Source: Eledone cirrhosa (Eukaryota). Taken from it: a stretch of 64,000 bases of DNA. The DNA is taken from contig OZ024743.1 in assembly GCA_964016885.1 (NCBI GenBank), positions 129,270,001 to 129,334,000 on the forward strand, given 5' to 3'. Shown piece after piece: positions 26,001 through 40,759 of the stretch; the stretch's first letter is position 1; each line of letters starts with the position of its first letter. Below the pieces are notes generated by a model, which saw nothing but the letters and a program-made list of their open reading frames with translations, had not been told where the DNA came from and did no database searches. Made by a program: the position numbers and the translations under genes.

Positions 26001-28749
26001 CACCAAGCACCAGACACCAAGCACCAAACACCAAACACCAAGCACCAAGCACCAAACACCAAACACCAAACACCAAACACCAAGCACCAAAAACCAAACA
26101 CCAAGCACCAGACACCAAGCATCAAACACCAAACACCAAGCACCAAACACCAAACACCAAGCACCAAGCACCAAACACCAAACACCAAGCACCAAGCACC
26201 AAACACCAAGGACCAAAGACCAAACACCAAACAGCAAACACCAAACACCATACAGCAAACACTGAACACCAAAAAGCAGACACCAAACAGCAAACACCAA
26301 ACACCAAACACCAAACACCAAACAGCAAACACCAAACACCAAGCACCAAACACCAAGGACCAAGCACCAAACACCTAACACCAAGCACCAAGCACCAAGC
26401 ACCAAACACCAAGCACCAAACACCAAACATCAAGCACGAAGCACCAAGTACCAAACACCAAGAACCAAGAACCAAACACCAAGCTCCAAGCACCAAGTAC
26501 AAACACCAAGTACCAAGCACCAAGCACCAAACACCAAGAACCAAGCACCAAACACAAAACACCAAGCACCAAGCACCAAGCATCAAACACCAAGCAGCAA
26601 ACACCAAACACCAAGCACCAAGCACCAAACACAAAGCACCCAGCACCAAACACCAAGGACCAAGCACCAAGCACCAAAAACCAAACACCAAACACAAAAC
26701 ACAAAGCAGCAAGCACCAAACACCAAACTCCAAGCACCAAGCACCAAGCACCAAACACCAAACACCAAGCACCAAGCACCAGGCACCAAACACCAAGCAC
26801 CAAGCACCAAACACCAAGCACCAAGCACCAAACACCAAACGCCAAACACCAAACACCAAGAACCAAGAACCAAACACCAATCACCAAGTACAAACACCAA
26901 GCACCAAGCACCAAGCACCAAACACCAACCACCAAGCACCAAACACAAAACACCAAGCACCAAGCACCAAGCATCAAACACCAAGCAGCAAACACCAAAC
27001 ACCAAGGACCAAGCACCAAGCACCAAGCACCAAAAACCAAACACGAAACACAAAACACGAAGCACCAAGCACCAAACACCAAACTCCAAGCACCAAGCAC
27101 CAAACACCAAACACCAAGCACCAAGCACCAAGCACCAGGCACCAAACACCAAGCACCAAGCACCGAACACCAAGCACCAAACACCAAGCACCAAGCACCG
27201 AACACCAAGCACCAAAAAGCAAACACCAAACACCAAACAGCAAACACCAAACAACAAACAGCAAACAGCAAACACCAAACACCAAGCACCAAGCACCAAA
27301 CAGCAAACACCAAACACCAAGCACCAGGCACCAAACACCAAGCACCAAGCACCAAACACCAAGCACCTAGCACCAAACACTAAGCACCAAGCACCAAACA
27401 CTAAGCACCAAGCACCAAACACCAAGCACCAAGCACCAAACACCAAGCACCAAGCACCAAGCACCAAACACCAAACACCAAGCACCAAAGACCAAGCACC
27501 AAGCACCAAACACCAAGCACCCAGCACCAAACACCAAGCACTAAACACCAACCACCCAGCACCAAGCACCAAACACCAAGCATCAAGCACCTAACACCAA
27601 ACACCAAACACCAAGCACCAAGCACCAAGCACCAAACACCAAGCACCTAGCACCAAACACCAAACACCAAACACCAAGCACAAAACACCAAGCACCAATC
27701 ACCAAGCATCAAACACCAAGCAGCCAGCAGCAAGCCCCAAACACCAAACACCAAGCACCAAGCACCAAAAACCAAACACCAAGCACCAAGCACCAAACAC
27801 CTAACACCAAGCACCAAGCACCAAGTACCAAGCACCAAACACCAAGCACCAAACACCAAGCACCAAACACCAAGCACCAAACACCAAACACCAAGCACCA
27901 AACACCTAACACCAAACACCAAGCACCAAACACCAAGCACCAAACACCAAACACCAAGCACCAAGCACCAAACACCTAACACCAAGCACCAAACACCAAG
28001 AACTAAGCACCAAGCACCAAGCACCAAACACCAAGCACCAAACACCAAGCACCAAACACCAAACACCAAGCACCAAGCACCAAACACCAAGAACCAAGCA
28101 CCAAGCACCAAGTACAAACACCAAGCACCAAGCACCAAACACCAAGCACCAAGCACCAAGCATCAAACACCAAGCACCAAACACCAAGCACCAAGCACCA
28201 AGCATCAAACACCAAGCATATAACACCAAACACCAAACGCCAAGCACCAAACACCAAACACCAAGCACCAAGCACCAAACACCTAACACCAAGCACCAAA
28301 CACCAAGCACCAAACACCAAGCACCAAGCACCAAACACCAAACACCAAGCACCAAACACCAAGCACCAAACACCAAGCACCAAGCACCAAACACCAAGCA
28401 CCAAGCACCAAACACCAAGAACCAAGCACCAAGCACCAAGTACAAACACCAAGCACCAAGCACCAAACACCAAGCACCTAGCACCAAACACCAAACACCA
28501 AGCACCAAACACCAAGCACCAATCACCAAGCACCAAACACCAAGAAGCCAGCAGCAAGCACCAAACACCAAGCACCAAGCACCAAACACCAAACACCAAG
28601 CACCAAGCACCAAACACCAAGCACCAAGCACCAAGCATCAAACACCAAGCACCAAAAAGCAAACACCAAACACCAAACAGCAAACACCAAAATACAAACA
28701 GCAAACAGCAAACACCAAACACCAAGCACCAAGCACCAAACACCAAACA

Positions 28750-31700
28750 CCAAACACCAAGCACCAGGCACCAAACACCAAGCACCAAGCACCAAACACC
28801 AAGCACCTAGCACCAAACACTAAGCACCAAGCACCAAACACTAAGCACCAAGCACCAAGCACCAAAAACCAGACACCAAACACCAAGCACCAAACACCTA
28901 ACACCAAGCACCAAGCACCAAGTACCAAGCACCAAACACCAAGCACCAAACACCAAACACCAAGCACCAAACACCAAACACCAAGCACCAAGCACCAAAC
29001 ACCTAACACCAAGCACCAAGCACCAACCACCAAACACCAAGCACCAAGCACCAAGCACCAAGCACCAAACACCAAGCACCAAACACCAAGCACCAAACAC
29101 CAAGCACCAAGCACCAAACACCAAGCACCAAGCACCAAGCAAAAAGCACCAAACACCAAGCACCAAACACCAAACACCAAGCACCAAACACCAAACACCA
29201 AGCACCAAGCACCAAACACCTAACACCAAGCACCAAACACCAACCACCAAACACCAAGCACCAAGCACCAAGCACCAAGCACCAAACACCAAGCACCAAA
29301 CACCAAGCACCAAACACCTAACACCAAGCACAAAGCACCAAACACCTAACACCAAGCACCAAACACCAAGCACCAAACACCAAGCACCAAGCACCAAGCA
29401 CCAAACACCAAGCACCAAACACCAAGCACCAAACACCAAGCACCAAGCACCAAACACCAAGCACCAAGCATCAAACACCAAGAACCAAGCACCAAGCACC
29501 AAGTACAAACACCAAGCACCAAGCACCAAACACCAAGCACCTAGCACCAAACACCAAACACCAAGCACCAAACACCAAGCACCAATCACCAAGCACCAAA
29601 CACCAAGTAGCCAGCAGCAAGCACCAAACACCAAGCACCAAGCACCAAAAACCAGACACCAAACACCAAGCACCAAACACCTAACACCAAGCACCAAGCA
29701 CCAAGTACCAAGCACCAAACACCAAACACCAAACACCAAACACCAAGCACCAAACACCAAACACCAAGCACCAAGCACCAAACACCTAACACCAAGCACC
29801 AAGCACCAAACACCAAGCACCAAGCACCAAGCACCAAACACCAAGCACCAAGCACCAAACACCAAGCACCAAACACCAAACACCAAGCACCAAGCACCAA
29901 GCATCAAACACCAAGCATATAACACCAAACACCAAACACCAAGCACCCAGCACCAAACACCAAGAACCAAGCACCAAACACCAAGCACCAAGCACCAAGC
30001 AAAAAGCACCAAACACCAAGCACCAAACACCTAACACCAAGCACCAAACACCAACCACCAAACACCAAGCACCAAGCACCAAGCACCAAGCACCAAACAC
30101 CAAGCACCAAATACCAAGCACCAAACACCTAACACCAAGCACCAAGCACCAAACACCTAACACCAAGCACCAAACACCAAGCACCAAACACCAAGCACCA
30201 AGCACCAAGCACCAAACACCAAGCACCAAACACCAAGCACCAAACACCAAGCACCAAGCACCAAACACCAAGCACCAAGCACCAAACACCAAGAACCAAG
30301 CACCAAGCACCAAGTACAAACACCAAGCACCAAGCACCAAACACCAAGCACCTAGCACCAAACACCAAACACCAAGCACCAAACACCAAGCACCAATCAC
30401 CAAGCACCAAACACCAAAAACCAGACACCAAACACCAAGCACCAAACACCTAACACCAAGCACCAAGCACCAAGTACCAAGCACCAAACACCAAACACCA
30501 AACACCAAACACCAAGCACCAAACACCGAACACCAAGCACCAAGCACCAAACACCTAACACCAAGCACCAAGCACCAACCACCAAACACCAAGCACCAAG
30601 CACCGAGCACCAAACACCAAGCACCAAACACCAAGCACCAAACACCAAGCACCAAGCACCAAGCACCAAACACCAAGCACCAAGCACCAAGCATCAAACA
30701 CCAAGCACCAAACACCAAACACCAAGCACCAAGCACCAAGCATCAAACACCAAGCATATAACACCAAACACCAAACACCAAGCACCCAGCACCAAACACC
30801 AAGAACCAAGCACCAAACACCAAGCACCAAGCACCAAGCAAAAAGCACCAAACACCAAGCACCAAACACCAAACACCAAGCACCAAACACCAAACACCAA
30901 GCACCAAGCACCAAACACCTAACACCAAGCACCAAACACCAACCACCAAACACCAAGCACCAAACACCAAGCACCAAACACCTAACACCAAGCACCAAGC
31001 ACCAAGTACCAAGCACCAAACACCAAGCACCAAACACCAAACACCAAGCACCAAACACCAAACACCAAGCACCAAGCACCAAACACCTAACACCAAGCAC
31101 CAAACACCAACCACCAAACACCAAGCACCAAGCACCAAGCATCAAACACCAAGCACCAAACACCAAACACCAAGCACCAAGCACCAAGCATCAAACACCA
31201 AGCATATAACACCAAACACCAAACACCAAGCCCCCAGCACCAAACACCAAGAACCAAGCACCAAACACCAAGCACCAAGCACCAAGCAAAAAGCACCAAA
31301 CACCAAGCACCAAACACCAAACACCAAGCACCAAACACCAAACACCAAGCACCAAGCACCAAACACCTAACACCAAGCACCAAACACCAACCACCAAACA
31401 CCAAGCACCAAACACCAAGCACCAAACACCTAACACCAAGCACCAAGCACCAAGTACCAAGCACCAAACACCAAGCACCAAACACCAAACACCAAGCACC
31501 AAACACCAAACACCAAACACCAAGCACCAGGCACCAAACACCAAGCACCAAGCACCAAACACCAAGCACCTAGCACCAAACACTAAGCACCAAGCACCAA
31601 ACACTAAGCACCAAGCACCAAGCACCAAAAACCAGACACCAAACACCAAGCACCAAACACCTAACACCAAGCACCAAGCACCAAGTACCAAGCACCAAAC

Positions 31701-34700
31701 ACCAAGCACCAAACACCAAACACCAAGCACCAAACACCAAACACCAAGCACCAAGCACCAAACACCTAACACCAAGCACCAAGCACCAACCACCAAACAC
31801 CAAGCACCAAGCACCAAGCACCCAGCACCAAACACCAAGCACCAAACACCAAGCACCAAACACCAAGCACCAAGCACCAAACACCAAGCACCAAGCACCA
31901 AACACCAAGCACCAAGCACCAAGCATCAAACACCAAGCACCAAACACCAAACACCAAGCACCAAGCACCAAGCATCAAACACCAAGCATATAACACCAAA
32001 CACCAAACACCAAGCACCCAGCACCAAACACCAAGCACCAAGCACCAAACACCAAGCACCAAGCACCAAGCAAAAAGCACCAAACACCAAGCACCAAACA
32101 CCAAACACCAAGCACCAAACACCAAACACCAAGCACCAAGCACCAAACACCTAACACCAAGCATCAAACACCAACCACCAAACACCAAGCACCAAGCACC
32201 AAGCACCAAGCACCAAACACCAAGCACCAAACACCAAGCACCAAACACCTAACACCAATCACAAAGCACCAAACACCTAACACCAAGCACAAAACACCAA
32301 GCACCAAACACCAAGCACCAAGCACCAAGCACCAAACACCAAGCACCAAACACCAAGCACCAAACACCAAGCACCAAGCACCAAACACCAAGCACCAAGC
32401 ACCAAACACCAAGAACCAAGCACCAAGCACCAAGTACAAACACCAAGCACCAAGCACCAAACACCAAGCACCTAGCACCAAACACCAAACACCAAGCACC
32501 AAACACCAAGCACCAATCACCAAGCACCAAACACCAAGTAGCCAGCAGCAAGCACCAAACACCAAGCACCAAGCACCAAAAACCAGACACCAAACACCAA
32601 GCACCAAACACCTAACACCAAGCACCAAGCACCAAGTACCAAGCACCAAACACCAAACACCAAACACCAAACACCAAGCACCAAACACCAAACACCAAGC
32701 ACCAAGCACCAAACACCTAACACCAAGCACCAATCACCAAACACCAAGCACCAAGCACCAAGCACCAAACACCAAGCACCAAGCACCAAACACCAAGCAC
32801 CAAACACCAAACACCAAGCACCAAGCACCAAGCATCAAACACCAAGCATATAACACCAAACACCAAACACCAAGCACCCAGCACCAAACACCAAGAACCA
32901 AGCACCAAACACCAAGCACCAAGCACCAAGCAAAAAGCACCAAACACCAAGCACCAAACACCAAACACCAAGCACCAAATACCAAACACCAAGCACCAAG
33001 CACCAAACACCTAACACCAAGCACCAAACACCAACCACCAAACACCAAGCACCAAGCACCAAGCACCAAGCACCAAACACCAAGCACCAAATACCAAGCA
33101 CCAAACACCTAACACCAAGCACCAAGCACCAAACACCTAACACCAAGCACCAAACACCAAGCACCAAACACCAAGCACCAAGCACCAAGCACCAAACACC
33201 AAGCACCAAACACCAAGCACCAAACACCAAGCACCAAGAACCAAACACCAAGCACCAAGCACCAAACACCAAGAACCAAGCACCAAGCACCAAGTACAAA
33301 CACCAAGCACCAAGCACCAAACACCAAGCACCTAGCACCAAACACCAAACACCAACCACCAAACACCAAGCACCAATCACCAAGCACCAAACACCAAAAA
33401 CCAGACACCAAACACCAAGCACCAAACACCTAACACCAAGCACCAAGCACCAAGTACCAAGCACCAAACACCAAACACCAAACACCAAACACCAAGCACC
33501 AAACACCAAACACCAAGCACCAAGCACCAAACACCTAACACCAAGCACCAAGCACCAACCACCAAACACCAAGCACCAAGCACCAAGCACCAAACACCAA
33601 GCACCAAACACCAAGCACCAAACACCAAGCACCAAGCACCAAGCACCAAACACCAAGCACCAAGCACCAAGCATCAAACACCAAGCACCAAACACCAAAC
33701 ACCAAGCACCAAGCACCAAGCATCAAACACCAAGCATATAACACCAAACACCAAACACCAAGCACCCAGCACCAAACACCAAGAACCAAGCACCAAACAC
33801 CAAGCACCAAGCACCAAGCAAAAAGCACCAAACACCAAGCACCAAACACCAAACACCAAGCACCAAACACCAAACACCAAGCACCAAGCACCAAACACCT
33901 AACACCAAGCACCAAACACCAACCACCAAACACCAAGCACCAAACACCAAGCACCAAACACCTAACACCAAGCACCAAGCACCAAGTACCAAGCACCAAA
34001 CACCAAGCACCAAACACCAAACACCAAGCACCAAACACCAAACACCAAGCACCAAGCACCAAACACCTAACACCAAGCACCAAACACCAACCACCAAACA
34101 CCAAGCACCAAGCACCAAGGACCAAGCACCAAGCACCAAACACCAAGCACCAAACACCAAGCACCAAGCACCAAGCACCAAGCACCAAACACCAAGCACC
34201 AAACACCAAGCACCAAACACCAAGCACCAAGCACCAAACACCAAGCACCAAGCACCAAACACCAAGCACCAAGCACCAAGCATCAAACACCAAGCACCAA
34301 ACACCAAACACCAAGCACCAAGCACCAAGCATCAAACACCAAGCATATAACACCAAACACCAAGCACCAAGCACCCAGCACCAAACACCAAGCACCAAGC
34401 ACCAAGCAAAAAGCACCAAACACCAAGCACCAAACACCAAACACCAAGCACCAAACACCAAACACCAAGCACCAAGCACCAAACACGTAGCACCAAGCAC
34501 CAAACACCAAGCACCAAATACCAACCACCAAACACCAAGCACCAAGCACCAAGCACCAAGCACCAAACACCAAGCACCAAACACCAAGCACCAAACACCT
34601 AACACCAAGCACCAAGCACCAAGTACCAAGCACCAAACACCAAGCACCAAACACCAAACACCAAGCACCAAACACCAAACACCAAGCACCAAGCACCAAA

Positions 34701-37400
34701 CACCTAACACCAACCACCAAACACCAACCACCAAACACCAAGCACCAAGGACCAAGCACCAAGCACCAAGCACCAAACACCTAACACCAACCACCAAACA
34801 CCAACCACCAAACACCAAGCACCAAGGACCAAGCACCAAGCACCAAGCACCAAACACCAAGCACCAAACACCAAGCACCAAGCACCAAGCACCAAGTACA
34901 AACACCAAGCACCAAGCACCAAACACCAAGCACCAAACACCAAGCAACAATCAACAAGCACCAAACACCAAGCAGCCAGCAGCAAGCACCAAACACCAAG
35001 CACCAAGCACCAAAAACCAGACACCAAACACCAAGCACCAAACACCTAACACCAAGCACCAAGCACCAAGTACCAAGCACCAAACACCAAACACCAAACA
35101 CCAAACACCAAGCACCAAACACCAAACACCAAGCACCAAGCACCAAACACCTAACACCAAGCACCAAGCACCAAACACCAAGCACCAAGCACCAAGCACC
35201 AAACACCAAGCACCAAGCACCAAACACCAAGCACCAAACACCAAACACCAAGCACCAGGCACCAAGCATCAAACACCAAGCATATAACACCAAACACCAA
35301 ACACCAAGCACCCAGCACCAAACACCAAGAACCAAGCACCAAACACCAAGCACCAAGCACCAAGCAAAAAGCACCAAACACCAAGCACCAAACACCAAAC
35401 ACCAAGCACCAAACACCAAACACCAAGCACCAAGCACCAAACACCTAACACCAAGCACCAAACACCAACCACCAAACACCAAGCACCAAGCACCAAGCAC
35501 CAAGCACCAAACACCAAGCACCAAATACCAAGCACCAAACACCTAACACCAAGCACCAAGCACCAAACACCTAACACCAAGCACCAAACACCAAGCACCA
35601 AACACCAAGCACCAAGCACCAAGCACCAAACACCAAGCACCAAACACCAAGCACCAAACACCAAGCACCAAGCACCAAACACCAAGCACCAAGCACCAAA
35701 CACCAAGAACCAAGCACCAAGCACCAAGTACAAACACCAAGCACCAAGCACCAAACACCAAGCACCTAGCACCAAACACCAAACACCAAGCACCAAACAC
35801 CAAGCACCAATCACCAAGCACCAAACACCAAAAACCAGACACCAAACACCAAGCACCAAACACCTAACACCAAGCACCAAGCACCAAGTACCAAGCACCA
35901 AACACCAAACACCAAACACCAAACACCAAGCACCAAACACCAAACACCAAGCACCAAGCACCAAACACCTAACACCAAGCACCAAGCACCAACCACCAAA
36001 CACCAAGCACCAAGCACCAAGCACCAAACACCAAGCACCAAACACCAAGCACCAAACACCAAGCACCAAGCACCAAGCACCAAACACCAAGCACCAAGCA
36101 CCAAGCATCAAACACCAAGCACCAAACACCAAACACCAAGCACCAAGCACCAAGCATCAAACACCAAGCATATAACACCAAACACCAAACACCAAGCACC
36201 CAGCACCAAACACCAAGAACCAAGCACCAAACACCAAGCACCAAGCACCAAGCAAAAAGCACCAAACACCAAGCACCAAACACCAAACACCAAGCACCAA
36301 ACACCAAACACCAAGCACCAAGCACCAAACACCTAACACCAAGCACCAAACACCAACCACCAAACACCAAGCACCAAACACCAAGCACCAAACACCTAAC
36401 ACCAAGCACCAAGCACCAAGTACCAAGCACCAAACACCAAGCACCAAACACCAAACACCAAGCACCAAACACCAAACACCAAGCACCAAGCACCAAACAC
36501 CTAACACCAAGCACCAAACACCAACCACCAAACACCAAGCACCAAGCACCAAGCACCAAGCACCAAGCACCAAACACCAAGCACCAAACACCAAGCACCA
36601 AGCACCAAGCACCAAGCACCAAACACCAAGCACCAAACACCAAGCACCAAACACCAAGCACCAAGCACCAAACACCAAGCACCAAGCACCAAACACCAAG
36701 CACCAAGCACCAAGCATCAAACACCAAGCACCAAACACCAAACACCAAGCACCAAGCACCAAGCATCAAACACCAAGCATATAACACCAAACACCAAGCA
36801 CCAAGCACACAGCACCAAACACCAAGCACCAAGCACCAAGCAAAAAGCACCAAACACCAAGCACCAAACACCAAACACCAAGCACCAAACACCAAACACC
36901 AAGCACCAAGCACCAAACACGTAACACCAAGCACCAAACACCAAGCACCAAACACCAACCACCAAACACCAAGCACCAAGCACCAAGCACCAAGCACCAA
37001 ACACCAAGCACCAAACACCAAGCACCAAACACCTAACACCAAGCACCAAGCACCAAGTACCAAGCACCAAACACCAAGCACCAAACACCAAACACCAAGC
37101 ACCAAACACCAAACACCAAGCACCAAGCACCAAACACCTAACACCAACCACCAAACACCAACCACCAAACACCAAGCACCAAGGACCAAGCACCAAGCAC
37201 CAAGCACCAAACACCAAGCACCAAACACCAAGCACCAAGCACCAAGCACCAAGTACAAACACCAAGCACCAAGCACCAAACACCAAGCACCAAGCATCAA
37301 ACACCAAACACCAAACACCAAGCACCAAGCACCAAGCATCAAACACCAAGCATATAACACCAAACACCAAGCACCAAGCACCAAACACCAAGAACCAAGC
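28750..37400. repeat. Sub-array of ~3 higher-order units with periods of 2.4-3.0 kb
   Basis: ORFs 30129/33109/35543 and 30694/33674/36108 are offset by 2980 and 2434. ORFs 29586/32517/34951 are offset by 2931 and 2434. ORFs 33723/36157 and 34332/36766 are offset by 2434. Confidence 0.88.
30692..31515. repeat. 448-bp (64-unit) local tandem duplication
   Basis: CATCAAA pair plus CATATAA module starts at 30692 and 31140. ORFs 30694..30918 and 31142..31366 are identical. Confidence 0.85.
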
Positions 37401-40400
37401 ACCAAGCACCAAGTACAAACACCAATCACCAAGCACAAATCACCATGCATCAAACACCAAGCAGCCAGCAGCAAGCACCAAACACCAAACACCAAACACC
37501 AAGCACCAAAAACCAAACACCAAGCACCAAGCACCAAACACCAAGCACCAAGCACCAAACACAAAGCACCAAGCACCAAGCACCAAGCACCAATCACCAA
37601 ACACCAAGCACCAAGCATCAAACACCAAACACCAAACACCAAGCACCAAACACCAACCACCCAGCACCAAGCACCAAACACCAAGCACCAAACACCAAAC
37701 ACCACGCACCAAGCACCAAGCACCAAACACCAAACACCAAACACCAAACACCAAGCACCAGACACCAAGCACCAAACACGAAACACCAAACACCAAGCAC
37801 CAAGCACTACACACCAAACACCAAACACCAAACACCAAACACCAAGCACCAAAAACCAAACACCAAGCACCAGACACCAAGCACCAAACACCAAACACCA
37901 AGCACCAAACACCAAACACCAAGCACCAAACACCAAACACCAAACACCAAGCACCAAGCACCAAACACCAAGCACCAAAGACCAAACACCAAACAGCAAA
38001 CACCAAACACCATACAGCAAACACTGAACACCAAAAAGCAGACACCAAACAGCAAACACCAAACACCAAACACCAAACAGCAAACACCAAACACCAAGCA
38101 CCAAACACCAAGGACCAAGCACCAAACACCTAACACCAAGCACCAAGCACCAAGCACCAAACACCAAGCACCAAACACCAAACATCAAGCACCAAGCACC
38201 AAGTACCAAACACCAAGAACCAAGAACCAAACACCAAGCACCAAGCACCAAGTACAAACACCAAGCACCAAACACAAAACACCAAGCACCAAGCACCAAG
38301 CATCAAACACCAAGCAGCAAACACCAAACACCAAGCACCAAGCACCAAACACAAAGCACCCAGCACCAAACACCAAGGACCAAGCACCAAGCACCAAAAA
38401 CCAAACACCAAACACAAAACACAAAGCACCAAGCACCAAACACCAAACTCCAAGCACCAAGCACCAAGCACCAAACACCAAACACCAAGCACCAAGCACC
38501 AAGCACCAGGCACCAAACACCAAGCACCAAGCACCAAACACCAAGCACCAAGCACCAAACACCAAACGCCAAACACCAAACACCAAGAACCAAGAACCAA
38601 ACACCAAGCAACAAGTACAAACACCAAGCACCAAGCACCAAGCACCAAACACCAAGCACCAAGCACCAAACACAAAACACCAAGCACCAAGCACCAAGCA
38701 TCAAACACCAAGCAGCAAACACCAAACACCAAGCACCAAGCACCAAGCACCAAACACAATGCACCCAGCACCAAACAGCAAGGACCAAGCACCAAGCACC
38801 AAGCACCAAAAACCAAACACGAAACACGAAACACCAAGCACCAAGCACCAAACACCAAACTCCAAGCACCAAGCACCAAACACCAAACACCAAGCACCAA
38901 GCACCAAGCACCAGGCACCAAACACCAAGCACCAAGCACCAAACACCAAGCACCAAGCACCAAACACCAAACACCAAACACCAAACAGCAAACAACATAC
39001 AGCAAACACCAAACACCAAAAAGCAAACACCAAGCACCAAACAGCAAACACCAAACAACAAACACCAAACAACAAACACCAAACAGCAAACAGCAAACAC
39101 CAAACACCAAGCACCAAGCACCAAACACCAAACAACAAACACCAAGCACCAGGCACCACACACCAAGCACCAAGCACCAAACACCAAGCACCTAGCACCA
39201 AACACTAAGCACCAAGCACCAAACACTAAGCACCAAGCACCAAACACCAAGCACCAAGCACCAAACACCAAGCACCAAGCACCAAGCACCAAACACCAAA
39301 CACCAAGCACCAAAGACCAAGCACCAAGCACCAAACACCAAGCACCCAGCACCAAACACCAAGCACTAAACACCAACCACCCAGCACCAAGCACCAAACA
39401 CCAAGCATCAAGCACCTAACACCAAACACCAAACACCAAGCACCAAGCACCAAGCACCAAACACCAAGCACCTAGCACCAAACACCAAACACCAAGCACA
39501 AAACACCAAGCACCAATCACCAAGCATCAAACACCAAGCAGCCAGCAGCAAGCACCAAACACCTAACACCAAGCACCAAGCACCAAGTACCAAACACCAA
39601 GAACCAAGAACCAAACACCAAGCACCAAGCACCAAGTACAAACACCAAGTACCAAGCACCAAGCACCAAACACCAAACACCAAACACAAAACACAAAGCA
39701 CCAAGCACCAAACACCAAACTCCAAGCACCAAGCACCAAGCACCAAACACCAAACACCAAGCACCAAGCACCAAGCACCAGGCACCAAACACCAAGCACC
39801 AAGCACCAAACACCAAGCACCAAGCACCAAACACCAAACGCCAAACACCAAACACCAAGAACCAAGAACCAAACACCAATCACCAAGCACCAAGTACAAA
39901 CACCAAGCACCAAGCACCAAGCACCAAACACCAAGCACCAAGCAACAAACACAAAACACCAACCACCAAGCACCAAGCATCAAACACCAAGCAGCAAACA
40001 CCAAACACCAAGCACCAAGCACCAAGCACCAAACACAATGCACCCAGCACCAAACACCAAGGACCAAGCACCAAGCACCAAGCACCAAAAACCAAACACG
40101 AAACACGAAACACCAAGCACCAAGCACCAAACACCAAACTCCAAGCACCAAGCACCAAACACCAAACACCAAGCACCAGCACCAAGCACCAGGCACCAAA
40201 CACCAAGCACCAAGCACCAAACACCAAGCAACAAGCACCAAACACCAAACACCAAACACCAAACAACATACAGCAAACACCAAACACCAAAAAGCAAACA
40301 CCAAACACCAAACAGCAAACACCAAACAACAAACACCAAACAACAAACACCAAACAGCAAACAGCAAACACCAAACACCAAGCACCAAGCACCAAACAGT

Positions 40401-40759
40401 AAGCACCAAACACCAAGCACCAAGCACCAAACACCAAACACTAAGCACCAAGCACCAAACAATAAGCACCAAGCACCAAACACCAAGCACCAAGCACCAA
40501 ACACCAAGCACCAAGCACCAAGCACCAAACACCAAACACCAGGCACCAAAGACCAAGCACCAAGCACCAAACACCAAGCACCCAGCACCAAACACCAAGC
40601 ACTAAACACCAACCACCCAGCACCAAGCACCAAACACCAAGCACCAAGCACCTAAAACCAAACACCAAACACCAAGCACCAAGCACCAAGCACCAAACAC
40701 CAAGCACCTAGCACCAAACACCAAACACCAAGCACAAAACACCAAGCACCAATCACCAA

